From assembly GCF_009914755.1 (NCBI RefSeq), contig NC_060931.1: a DNA stretch of 64,000 bases. The stretch is one strand, 5' to 3'. Position numbers and translations under genes: made by a program. Of the stretch, positions 14,581 through 32,385 are shown one piece after another. Source of the DNA: the human T2T-CHM13v2.0 reference genome, Homo sapiens. Position 1 is the stretch's first letter, and each line of letters begins with the position of its first letter. Under the pieces are notes generated by a model. It ran no database searches and had not been told where the DNA came from. It saw nothing but the letters and a program-made list of their open reading frames with translations.

Positions 14581-17500
14581 GGGGGAAAGATGGTTGACTC
14601 AAAGCAGCTGGTGTACAGCACTCTCACGAAGAGGCAACCAAGAGGCAAGTAAATACTAGTTTTTCACATGGATCATCAAGGAGATCGTGCTGGGATTCAG
14701 CAAGGAAACAATGGGGACATGGGGAGAACAGAGAGGAATAAAGTTGGGCAGCTGCCCTCTCGGAACTGGCATGGAGGTAGGGGAAGCTCCCTAATGCAGA
14801 GAAAAGGGGAGTGAGTGATAGTCCCCAGTGGATCCACACTTCAGCCATGGATCTTGGCAATCTTGGGCACAGGAGACCCCCTGGCCCCTCTGGTCCTCCA
14901 GACTGATACGGAGAGTGACCTGGACCTTGTGCAGAGGAACCAAAGTTCACATGGAGCTCAACAGGCCTTGAGTCCCTGGGCAGCCTGGCAGCAGCTGCCA
15001 TAGCCCTGCCAAAAAGGAAGGACAGGCTCTTTTGCACTCCCCTAGGATAAATGCCACAGCCTCAGTGCTGAGGAGCTCACAGACTGCAGACTGCTTGATC
15101 CCAAACCCCTGCTGCTCTGCACCAGGCAGAGCCTGCTGATTTGAGCTCCCAGAGCAGTTGCCATGCCCTTTTCTACACTCTGTGGGTGGTCTAGGATGGA
15201 ACTCCCAGAGTTAACTCTGCCATCACCATTCTTGCTGTCCCTGCCCCTTCTTTCCTAAGGCCAGGGAGAGAATAAAGAGGCTGAGCATATTTGCAGCCTT
15301 CACAGGGGTGCCACAGCCACCCCACTAAGAGGTGGCCAGACTGTTTACTGTGCAACCCCACCCCTGCTGCTCCTCGCCAGGCAGGGCCCAGCACCTTGGG
15401 CTCCCAGGGTAGCCACCCTGTCCCCACCTGAACACTGTTCAATGGTGGCTTTATGTTCTTCTGGGACCAAATCGCCCACAGGTGGCTGATAAGCCCTTCA
15501 TAACTGCTGCTGCTGTTGTTCACATCCCTACTGCCCTCAGGCAAGGGAAGGAACAAGGAAACTGGGCACTTCTGTGCACCTGCAGCAAGAATGCCACAGC
15601 CTAGACACAGAGGAGCAGTGGACAGACTACCCACCACACAGCTCCCTACCTCTGATGATCCCTGCCAAATGGGGCTTGCCCAGTGCACCCACCGTGTTCT
15701 CATGTGCACATTTCAGCTGTGGTCCAGAGCCCTTCTGAAAATCCTAGCACCACAGGCCTGTGATCTTCCCTCTGGCTCCCACCACCTAAGCATTCCACCT
15801 GCCCCGACCTGAGAGTTCAGCAGGTGACCTGGGGACCAGCCCACCCCTCCCCATCATAGTCAGCACCTGAAGTCTGGGCTCACCCAACCAAGGTCCAGCC
15901 CCTTCAGGACACATACACATTGTCCAGTGGGCCATCTAGGGGCCTAGAAACTGGGGAACTAAATACCTCATTGCCAACTCTGCTGGCACCTGACCACTTC
16001 CCCAGGGCCTGAGGTTGGGTCAACCAAACCAGCTGACAATACCACAACCAACACACACCTGTACAGGGCCAAAGGTGGAGACCCCCCACACACTTTATAT
16101 GAAGCAGCAGTCCCACTACATCAGAGAAGAAGCAAGCCATAAACCGATCTGTATCAGACCGAGTGAGAGGTTCTGCCCTAAAACCACTTCCATGGCCAGT
16201 GACAAAACAGAGACTTACCATGGCTCTCAATCACATTGGGGTCCAGAGATGGACTACAGTGTGCATCTGAACTAGGAGTCATGAGTCTTGGGACAGGGGT
16301 ATGATAGGGAAACGGATCATAGTCCTGCCTATCTAGCATGGGGAGCCAGTGGAGCCTGCTCACCCCGGGGCAGAGACCTCAGTGCATTTCATTAGGAGCT
16401 CCTCCCAGCCACCTTTGTCAGGGCTGGTGCTTGCACTCACCATTGGGGTATTTGTGGGCAAGCCAGGGGCTCCAGTTCTGCTCAGCTGTGTCCCCCATGG
16501 AATAGGAACCTAAGGGTGCTGGGAACCCCGCTGTCCAGCCCTCCATTTGTAACAACAGAGAATATCTCACAGTAAATGAGGATCAGGTACAGATCCATCT
16601 GCTTGAGCCACAGCTGCCTCTTAAAAGCACTATCTAGTGGCCTCTAAGTCAAACCATACAGCCCAATATAAAGCCTGCTGACAGAAGTGCATAGAGCTAT
16701 AGAAGCAAATCCAAAGGATTCTATGCAACGTACTCTATGGTCACACTCCCCTAGGGAGAGGGAAAAGGGAAAGAAATATACAGGGGAAGAAAAAAATCAA
16801 TATTCATATGAAGATAATTACAAAAAGTAGGAGTATTAGCATCGCCAGATGAGAGTAAAACAACACAAGAATTCTGGCACTATGAAATATCATGACAGGA
16901 TCAAACCTCCCCTATCAATATTAACTTTGAATGTAGATGGTCTCAACACCCCACTTAAAAGGCACAGAGTGGCAAGTTGGATAAAAAATTAAAAAAAAAT
17001 TAAAAAAAAAAACAAAGATCCAACCACCTGCTGTCTTCAAGAGACTCATCTCACATGTAATGACACCAATAGACTCACATTCAAGGGTTGGAGAAAGATC
17101 TATCATGCAAATGGAAAACAAAAAAGAGCAAGGGTAGCTATTCTTATATTGGACAAAACAGACTTTAAACCAACAAAAGTAAAAAAGGACAAAGAATGGC
17201 ATTACAAAACCACAATGAGATACCATCTCACATTAATTAGAGTAGCTATTATTAAAACGTCAAAAAATAACAGATGTTCGTGAAGTTGCAGAGAAAAGGG
17301 AACACAATATGTTGTTGGTGGGAAGGTAAATTACTTCAGCCACTGTGGAAAGCAGTTTGGAGGTTTCTCAAACACCTAAAAATAGAACTACCATTCGACC
17401 AAGCAATCCCATTACTGGGTATCTACCTAAAGGAAAATAAGTTGTTCTATTAAAAAGACACCTGCACTCACATATTTATCACAGCACTGTTCACAATAGC

Positions 17501-18295
17501 AAAGACATAGAATCAACCTAGGAGCTCATCAGTGGTGGATTCGATAAAGAAAATGTAGTACATATACACCGTGGAACACGAGTCATAAAAAACAATAAAA
17601 TTATGTCCTTTGCAGCATGTAGACACAGCCGAAGACCAATATCCTAAGCAAATTAACACTGAAACAGAATATCAAATACCAGATGTTCTCACTTACAAGT
17701 GGGAGCTAAACATTGGGTACACATGGATATAAAGCTGGGAATAACAGACTCTGGGGCCTATTAGAAGGGGGATGTAGTGGGGGTTATATGGTTTGGCTCT
17801 GTGTCCCCACCCAAATCTCATGTTGCATTGTAATCCCAATGTGTTGAGGGAGGGACCTGGTGGGAAGTGACTGCATCATGGGGGTGGCCTTCCCCTTGCT
17901 GTTCTTTTGATAGAGTTCTCACCAGTTCTGATGGTTTAAAAGTGTTGCACTTCCCCGACTTGCTCTCTCCCTCTCCTGCCTCCATGTAAAACGTGCCTTG
18001 CTTCCCCCTCACCTTCCACCATCACTGTAAGTTTCCTGAGGCCTCCCCAGCCAAGTGGAACTGTGAGTCAATTAAACTTCTTTTATTCATAAATTATCCA
18101 GTCTCAGGTAGTTCTTTATAGCAGTGTGAGAACAGACAGGGGGGCAAGGATTGAAAAACTATTGGGCACTATGTTCACTACTTAGGTGACAGGATCATTC
18201 ATACCGCAGACCTCAGCATCATGTGATATACACTTCTAACACTATTGCATATGTACCCCTGAATCGAAATGAAAGTTGAAATTTAAAAAAAGCAA
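14581..18295 (+). mobile_element. L1PA16-like element with a 5'UTR and two large internal deletions
   Basis: 5' end 'gggggaaagatggttgact'. The ORF1 start (16849) jumps to the ORF2 start (16892), and EN jumps at ~17205 to the ORF2 C-terminus. 3'UTR is L1PA16-type ('aaagttgaaatttaaaaaaa'). Confidence 0.8.
17784..18138 (+). mobile_element. THE1D-like MaLR solo LTR inside the L1PA16 3'UTR
   Basis: 'atatggtttggctctgtgtccccacccaaatctc...gcagtgtgagaacagaca'. 5-bp TSD ggggg. Confidence 0.9.
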
Positions 18296-19711
18296 AAAAC
18301 AAAATGGAGGGAAAAATGATATAAATAAAAATAAAAATAAATGGGGTCAGAAAGTTGGGGGAAAAGGAATCTCAAAACATATGGTTAAACTGACCAAAAT
18401 TAAACAACTTTTAAAGTTGTTTTAAAATTTGTATGGGGGTATTGAGCCTTAATATCAAAAAACCACTAACGCAAAATTAGAATTTGACTTTCTCTTTTGA
18501 AGAAGATTTTTATGTATTTTTAGTAATGGTAAAAAAAAGTGTTCATTTTTGAGTAAACTGCAATAAATGGTGGGGGGATAGAAGGAGAGAAATTATGCTT
18601 GCCTCATGTTGTATGGAAAACTGAATCTCCTCTCTGACAAAGGGTAGGATATTTTTCTTTTTGAAATCTTTTAATTATCACTTTGACTAATGAATGACTA
18701 TTATTTTATAGCAACCTGTAATCTTATTTTGATAAAGTGTTTTAAATCTTTCCTATTTTGATAAAGTGTTTTAAACTTTTAATATGTCTCACAGTCTTCC
18801 CAACATCAAATTTCAAAATCCAAATTAAGCTCTTTTGAACTCAAACTAGCTTTGGGGTGTTACAGAGGGCTCCTGAAACATCCAAAAGAGAGATAATAAA
18901 CAACCTGATTAGATATGTTAAGGAGGTTCATGAAAAGGATGAACGACTGACAGGTACTCTGAAATACGGACCTGTGCTGATTACTCAACAGGACGAGGTA
19001 AGAATTTTAAAACATCTCATAAACAAAACTGGACTCATGGAACTGCTAACCAAACGTCAAGCAGAACAAGAATCAAGTACATGAGATTGAACTGATGGAG
19101 GACTAAAATAACTTTATGACTTTTTTGGTCTCCCACTCACTTGACTTAAAATTACTAAAAATTAACCCTAAAAACTGAAGCTGGACAACTTGATATAAAT
19201 TTTGGGAAAAATCACTACATTAACTATAATATAAACAGCCTTCATGCCTATTGATGTATGGCCTATTCAGAAAGTTCATGATTCAAACTCAATTTAGAAA
19301 AATCCATCAAATTGTCACTGCCTACCCACTCCAACTGCAAATGCTTTAGAGACTCTAGAAAAACCAGCTTATAGATGACTCCAGACATTAATCTTGGTTC
19401 TTCTTTTTTCTTCACAGAAAGGTCTCTTGTTGAAGATCTGTTTTTCTACACCATATATAGATGCCTAGCTTTGAGGCCCATCTGCAATGCCATCTCTTGA
19501 AATGAGACACAACTGTTGAACTGAACTGACCTGTGCTCTCAGGACTCAGGACTGAGTCAAGAAGATATGGGTGACTTGTTCCAATCTATGGGTTTTTTTC
19601 TTCCCCTTTACCAATCTCTTATCTCACAACCTCAACCCCAAATCTCTCCATAGCTACCAATCCTACTTTAATATGTGAAACTTTCTGAAAATAAAATTTC
19701 AAATGAGGAAC

Positions 19712-20222
19712 TAAAGGAAACCAAAAATATTTCACCCCAAAATATACTTCTTTGACATATTTTGAGATGGCTATTCAGAGGGCCTACAGACAGAAATAGT
19801 CTTGCAAAGCTGCCTTTTGTGGAGGAGATTTGCATCTGTAGAGAAAAATCTACATTAGTGAAATAAATAGCCAGGCTTTCTCTGACAACGCCTCCCCTCC
19901 AGTCTGGATCTAGGAAAGACATTTATTCTTTCTGGGAGCTGCTACTAGTGAGATTGCATGTACATAACAAGATCGCCCTTGCTAGCCATGCCTTTCCCCT
20001 TCTCTCCCCCCCATAATCTCTTTTACCACACTCCAAGCCCCTATTCTTTCTACAACCTCAAGAAGGGATAAAAGTGTCAACCATCTGAGCCCTTTGTTCA
20101 TATTTTCTATGAATCCCATGCATATGTGTATGTTAATAAATTTGGGATGCCTTTCTTTTCTCCTATTAATCTGCCTTTTGACAGTTGATTTTCAGCAAAA
20201 CTTCAGAGGACAAAAGGGAAAA
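19712..20222 (+). mobile_element. 3' LTR of the MER4-group provirus (terminal ~15 bp missing)
   Basis: Colinear with the 5' LTR, including identical long tracts such as 'aataaatagccaggctttctctgacaacgcctcccctccagtctgga'. Confidence 0.88.
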
Positions 20223-20267
20223 ATTGGGGGAGTTTTAAACATTGCATTTGTTGAAAAGAAATCTTCT

Positions 20268-20592
20268 GGCCTGGCACAGTGGCTCACGCCTGTAATCCCA
20301 GAGTTTTGGGAGGCTGAGGCAGGAGGATTGCTTGCAGCCAGGAGTTCAAGACCAGCCTGGGCAACAAAATAAGACCCTGTCTCAACAACAACAAAATTTT
20401 AAATTAGCCAGGTGTGGTGGTGCATACCTATAGTCCTAGCTACTCAGGAGCCTGAGGCAGGAGGATCACTTGAGCCCAGGAGTTCAAGGCTTCGGTGAGC
20501 TGTGATCATGCCACTGCACTCCAGCCTGGGTGACAAAGTGAGACTGTTTCAAAAAATATATATAATTATTATAAAAATAAAATAAATAAATA
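20268..20592 (+). mobile_element. AluJ
   Basis: Dimeric Alu with J diagnostics 'ggaggatcacttgagcccaggagttcaaggct'. Confidence 0.9.
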
Positions 20593-20899
20593 AGAATCCC
20601 ATACTTGTAGCCCATGTCAGTTAAAGTGAACTAGGCTATACTTGCCAAAACTTCTCTTATTGAGGCTGTAACAGTGTTTCTGCAGTTATTATCTAATACT
20701 ATTAGACAACTACAAGGCATTTGACTAAAGTCCAAATATTAGACTCTTTTTGCCTTATCTTGCATATTTCTGAGCCCAAATACCATCATCAATGATATGT
20801 CCACAAATATGAATATAGAGAATCAATATTTCAGTTCCAAATTAACCAAGACATTGTTTTTTCCAATAAAAGTTTTGACTAAAGTATTTCTTTCTCTCC

Positions 20900-22323
20900 A
20901 ATATGTTGATCTCCAAGTTTTTGCCAGAAATCAATTTATTTTCTGTCTATTCACAAAATGGAAAAAAGGTGATCCTACCAGGTGTATGACAGGATTTTTA
21001 GAATATGACAGAAAAAAATCTAAATAAATGTGTCACCTTCTATTAAAAAATAATACTGTTTTAAGGATAACCAATAATGTGGTGAAAGATGGCAAAATTC
21101 AGCTGCCTAATAAGTATAATGAAAACGAAATGAACATGTATTCTGTGTGATGAGAGCACTTATACTTATGTAACAGATTTAAGGATAAAAAGCAACGGAA
21201 GGACTGATTTTTAAAAAACATACTGACAATGTAAGATTTGTCAATGTTTGAAACTCTAAAAAGTAATGGGGAAAAGTATCACTTTTCCTAAAATTGTTCC
21301 TTATGCAAAAGATAAAACTACAGCTATGATTAGTTGACAACATAGGTTAAGAGCAGCTTTTAAAAAGTAGCAACAGATGTTTTAGCAATTCACTATATTA
21401 TTCCTTGACAACTAATTGCTAAGAATTATAGTGAAAAACTGAACAAATCAACAGATGGTTTTAGTTCTATTTACATAGTGAGAGTAACCCCTTGAATGAT
21501 AGATTATTTTGTAAATGTTTGATGACACAAAGAAGAGTTTGTATATATTATGCTACAAAAGGAAATAAGTTGACCCTCCAAAGGAAATTATTTGACTTTT
21601 TCAGTTTAATATTTGATACCATTATTAAATACTATTATTGTTTTTTTAGTCTCTCAAATAAAAAATTAAGGAAATTAAAATATTATGAAGTTACATGAAT
21701 CCCTTTCAAATAAGAACTTCCTTCATTTGAAGGTTAAATGAAGTCCTTCTTTAGGGAGAAGAAAAAGATTATTAAAGTAAAAGAAAGCTTAATGAAAGTT
21801 TATAGATAATTTTACATAATTTTAAAGGAGGCTTGCCCAGAGAATTTTCAGTTTCCATTCCTGCAGCAATTAGAAAATGACTGGTTTAAACTAATGATCT
21901 GAATATATACACTCTGAATTGGAAGCTGTTATAAAGATTTGATGACATTCAATGGTCTATATGATTTTTACAATACAATTTTCTGTGATTTACCCATTTT
22001 TAAAAAAGAAATGGAACATGTTAGCCATCATTTTCAGGAAGAATTAACTGAGCTAAAAATTGACTTTGAGAGGAAAGCATAAATTAACTAGTGTAACTAT
22101 AAAAGGCTTACATCCATTAAGACTCTTATAGTTATTTTTTTTTGCAGAAAGAACCTAATTACTTATTTATAGCTTTCCAATTACATATTTGGTTGAAAAA
22201 GTTTTCACTGGAAAAGGGAAATTACCATAAAATATCAAAGCAATTATGCATATGAACAGAAGAAATGGGAGACTATTTTTTACAGATTTACAACAAAATT
22301 TTATTAAATTAACATACACATAA
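20900..22323 (+). mobile_element. Ancient hAT (Charlie/Buster-type) transposase fossil
   Basis: Colinear degenerate motifs: LKNNTVLRI, LAIHYIIP*QLIAKN (21382), NPLNDRLF (21486), LQKEIS*PSKGNYL (~21553-21591) and LFIAF-TYLVEKVF (22163-22206). TIRs not found. Confidence 0.75.
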
Positions 22324-22719
22324 AATGCTGGAATATCATTGTTTTATTAATAAGATTGTTTATTAAATATTCCATGTTACTGTCACACTTTTAAAAATTT
22401 TTGTGAAGCATAAAGATATGAGCAACCTAAGGTACTGAAAGATGTATTTGGAAATTATTTGTCTTTGGGTTGCCTGTTGTTTTTCAGTCTCACTCCAATA
22501 TTATGGCCAGAAGTCTGTGCCATACAACTTCTCTATTCTTGCTTGTGCTCCCATTACCTTTTCCAGTCCATCTTCTATTCCTCATTACTTACGTAAGGCT
22601 AGGATCTTCAAGGTCTTTTTCTTTTTTTACTCATAACTACATTAGTATGTTTCTCTAACTGATAAATACCTTAAAAAAAAATACAACCAGTACTCCATGT
22701 TCACATCTAAGACTACACG

Positions 22720-25460
<2,741 letters not shown>

Positions 25461-25514
25461 AGTGCTGTGGCTTTAGCTTCAGGATGGACTCATCCCTTCT
25501 CTACCCTATCTCTA

Positions 25515-28017
<2,503 letters not shown>

Positions 28018-28088
28018 ACTCCTGCCCTATCTATCAATATTGTGCATCAGGATCCTATAAATGTACTTCCTTACAGAGTGGTTCTTCA

Positions 28089-28732
28089 TGTTGGGGCTCA
28101 GAAAACAATACCCCAAATATGGCACTTTCACATGCTGAACTAAAGAAGCAGCCTCAAGGTCTCTCTGACCTTCCCTTGCCTTCCTTTCTCACTAATCTTC
28201 TTTCCCAAAGCACCAGGAGGGACTCTCTGGAATTTCCCTATCTGACTAAGAAAACTTCTTTCCAAAATAAATGTAATCATCTTAAAACTCCTCTCTCTAG
28301 GAATTTCATCAAATAACCAGGAATGATTAACCAGCAAAGAAGAGAAGAGACTGGGAGTTATCTCCACACTCAAATAAACTTTCCTCTATTCTTCTGAGGG
28401 TAGGTCCAAGAGATTATCTGGGTGGTTTTATCTGCATAAAAGACCTTTGCTCACAGTGAAGTTCTGTCCCTCACCTGCCTACCACCTCCCCCAGTGCTCA
28501 GAGGAACTTCATTCAAGGCCATGATTCTTTGGGTTCATTCATTTCCTCTGAAAATCAGTTACTCCTACAATCTCCCCTTCCCTGATGAAGAAGAGTTGGG
28601 TTGCTGGGTAATCATTCTCCTGTGATTATCCTGTGCTATGCTTAAATAAATGGCTTTTTTTCTCCCATTAATCTGTCTGTTGTTGGTTCATTTTCAGCAC
28701 CTTCAGAGGGCAGCTTTCTTTCAGCCCCTACA
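28089..28732 (+). mobile_element. MER39-family solo LTR (ERV1)
   Basis: Begins TGTTGGGGCTCAGAAAACAATACCCC and ends CCCCTACA. 4-bp TSD ttca/ctca. Confidence 0.85.
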
Positions 28733-28977
28733 CTCAGTTCAGCCTACTAATTTCAGTTTATCAAGTGACTTTTTGACTCTCACCCTTTGGACTAGGGGGT
28801 TTAGCATACACAGCATTCATAGTTATGGTAAAAAGGTATTTCCATTCAGGGCCTAATACAAGATCCTATCTTGCACTTAAGATTTAATAATGAATTACAC
28901 TGTTGAAATATCTCAAGAAGCTTGAAGGCTATGAAAGATTCCATCTCTAAGGTTCACAGAGTTATCACAACTTTAAT

Positions 28978-29136
28978 GGTAATAATATATTTGTATCATA
29001 CTTCATAATTATATTCTCATCTATTTTTACAGTAATTTCTTATAGGGTAAATGAGACATAGAGATTAAATTTCCTGGTTACATGGCTAGTTAGTGACAGC
29101 CAGTACTGCAAATTTCTTTAACAATCTTTCCACCAT
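28978..29136 (-). mobile_element. MIR-like fragment
   Basis: Degenerate core 'atgagacatagagattaaatttcctggttacatggctagttagtgacag'. Confidence 0.45.
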
Positions 29137-31934
29137 ATTCAACTATACTATATTTTTTGAATTGCAAATGTAGTCTATTCAGTGGTCTCTGAAAATTTTT
29201 CTATTTCAATAGATCTAAATAAGAGTTCTGCAAGGTTATTACCTAATGGTAGTCACTTTAGGGGGCATCACATGAAAAGTGGCCTGGTGGTTCTCAAACT
29301 TCAGCCTTTATTCCCTTTGTAATTCTTACCACACCTCCTGGTTAGGCTTCTGCAACTCTGATTTTACTGATATTCTAGCACATGGAAGTGGAAAGTGGTG
29401 AATCCCATTTGTTTCAGTCTCCTAACATTTTCTGATTCTCTCAGTAGGGCCCCACATTTCCTTAAGCAACTTAACTGCCTTTAGCTATAATTTCAGAATG
29501 TAAGTGAAATCCTTAGTTGAGCAATATGAACTAGCCGTATGTGTCCCCCTTTTCCTTTTGAATGGAATTCATTGGCCTCTGCAAATGCCTTTGTCTCTCT
29601 TTGAGGATCATATAAACTTAGGCTGACATTTTCCTGAAAATTAAGAATCTCTCTCTAAATAAGTGGGCATCCATAAAGACTGAAAATCCTTAATTGGGCT
29701 TGAATTCAGTATTCTAGCATTCACATCTGTGTGAAGAGTGATCAAGTTGAGAGTTCTCACCCCAAGTCTTGATGGTAACATTCAAAGGAAAACCTTAAGA
29801 ATTCTTTCAGCATAAGCAGTAGTTTTTATTAAGTCGTGGTGTCCACATGTGAGTGCCAACATGAAAAGGTTCTCTTAAGTTCATTTGACAATGTTCTTTG
29901 GCCGGAAAGTAGGACATGCCTAGCACTATTAATGTCAATTTATGCTTTTTCTACATTTTCTCTATTTGGTTTTGTTTTTTTTTTTTTTTTTTTTTTACCT
30001 CTGTCACTATGTTCATATGATAACCGGTTAGTCAGTAAATAACATTGCTAAAAGCATATGATCAAATATATAGTTGGACTTCTAACACTAACTCTTCAAA
30101 AACTGAGAACCATTTCCCTCATTCCTTCCTGACCCCAATGCCCAGACATTGCCATCAGGCTCAGCAAAAAAAGCAAAGAAAATAGATACTGCATGCGATG
30201 GGTTAGGAGAACTTGTGAGCCAATGTGGTCTCCTGGGAACACACAAAAGGGAAAAATTTTTAATAAGTGATTGGTATTTTTACGCTTTTTAAAGAAAGTT
30301 CAGTTTTCACTTTTATCAAGGTCTCCAATTACATGGATGGAGGCGGTAACAAGCAGAATAGTTACGTGTGAAACCCCTTCAAAGTAAAAATGTGTTTTGC
30401 TTATTTATGGATATCCTGAGAATTTTAATATTTTCTAGAGGGAGGAATACACCTCTAAAAAAAGAATATGAATTCATACAAAGAGTGGGAATAGGCAGTT
30501 ATATGTGGTGGGAAAAGTGTCAAATATATATTTTTATATTTCAATGTCCTACCATTTAGCATAAGAGGTTTCTGTCCGTTTGTCCAAGATGTTTCCTTAA
30601 TCCCTACTAAGAGTTAATCCACTTAACCTTGAATAAAAAAGATTTATTCTTTCTCGTTTATGCAGATCAAGTTGAGCATTTCTCTTGAAAATCAACTAAT
30701 ATTTTTAGGATATGTCTCAAAACAAAATTTTTTCCATCTAATTCCTTTTTTGGATCAACCTACCTCTTCTTCCCAGTTAGAATAAAGAATTTCAGTCTCA
30801 TGTAGACATCCCCCATCATAAAAGCAGAAAATAGTCTGTAGAAATTCGTGAAGATAGGAAAAATGATTAGCAGGATCCAAAGCCTGACTTTCAAAAATTC
30901 TAGGATTTCTGTCAGTGAACATTTACTGGGTATGTTCCCAGTGTATGCTTACTAAAAAGTACCACAAAGTGGAGAGAATAGCTTATAAGTTGATTCTTGC
31001 CCTAGCAGAATTTTAGATTTGCAAGAAAGCTCACTGACAAAAAACTAATATTCTGTCCTTCTATATATAAAAAAACTAACTTAAAATTTATAAACTCTAA
31101 AACATCACAATCTTTATTTCTGAGGACCTGTGTAGATTCATGCTAGAAAGCACTAATAAAAATTTTTTGACCATAATATTTCCACCACTGCTAAAAATTT
31201 ACAGTACAAATTAAGGATTTATTTTAACCCTTTTAAAAAAGATTAGTCTGGCAGTACAGGGAGGGAAAAAGTAATGATACAAATGTCAACGAAAATTTTG
31301 TGATCTGTTGATTTGAGATATGTATTCTAAGACTGGGGTTGTTTTTATGCTTCGTGTAAAATGGTGCTGTTATGAAACAGTAGAGAAGGAAAAGCGAGCT
31401 GGCTTATTTCCTTTAATAATGAAGTATTTTCTTCCTAAAACATGGCAGTCCCAAAGATATTGATAGCAAGTCTACAGTATATCATGTATTGATTGTATTA
31501 TCCCGTTTATGTAAAATTGTATAAGACTATCTCTACATGTATGTAGGCTCAGAGTCAAATAATATCTGGGATTATGTTAATCAAAGTATAAAACAACAGT
31601 TTTCTCTGGTGGAAAGGTTTGGGATGATTCTACTTAAAACTTCATATTTTTTCTTGATTGTTTAAGTTGCTCCAAAAAGGACAAATTATTTTTACCAATG
31701 TAATCAAAGCATGTATCAGATCCCCCTACATGAAAATATTGCTTCTCCGGCCAGTGTTGTGGTCCTAGACTTAAAGCAAGGCACTCTGAGCTCTACAGAC
31801 AATGACCAGGGTTCGGCTTCTTGCATACAGCAGCCCACTGCTCACTAAGTTCCCTCGTTAACACTGCCTATTTACAGAAACCTACCAGTTATCACCAGAT
31901 TCCATGCTCTTATCCTTCCCTGCTGATAACAATC

Positions 31935-32050
31935 ACCAGACTATGATATTCAGTTTTTGACTCAGTGTGTCTGGTGTGGAGCATAGATATTTGCATTTGA
32001 ATAAGATCATCAGGTGATGGTGAAACATAATCAGGTTTCAAAGCATCTGG
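31935..32050. mobile_element. MER5-like hAT fragment
   Basis: 'gactcagtgtgtctggtgtggagc...atttgcattt...caggtgat'. Confidence 0.4.
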
Positions 32051-32385
32051 ACTCAGCATATCCCAGTAAATGTTCTCTGCAATGGAACAGAGCTTTCTGT
32101 GCCCTACACATCAGTTTGCTTCATCAAAGTCTTAGCAACCAATGAATAGCTTCAGAATCCTGAAACTACACCTTAATGAAATAGCGAACCAGAATCATGT
32201 CAGAATAATCTTTCATAGAAGCCAGGCATGACCATTAAGAAATGGCTCCCTCCCTGGCAGATCTAAGACTATAAGGCTATTTTAAAAGCTAATACAGGTT
32301 CTCTCTCTAGCACCATGTTTTAAGACCATGATGTTCTAAGGTCTTACAATATGAGAACATCATGGTCAAGAATCTAGGCTTTGAC

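Noticed and set aside
14624-16363. Cluster of 60-170 aa ORFs in GC-richer DNA
   Set aside because: All lie within the L1PA16 5'UTR and are chance ORFs.
18725-18775. 22-bp direct repeat tattttgataaagtgttttaaa
   Set aside because: Simple local tandem duplication within the ERV interior.
18857-19084. Possible env or other viral ORF near the 3' LTR
   Set aside because: Short, non-ATG start, and no Env or Pol motifs.
29150-31900. Unique AT-rich stretch as possible exon or conserved element
   Set aside because: No convincing ORF, splice pair or motif cluster. Cannot be supported without conservation data.
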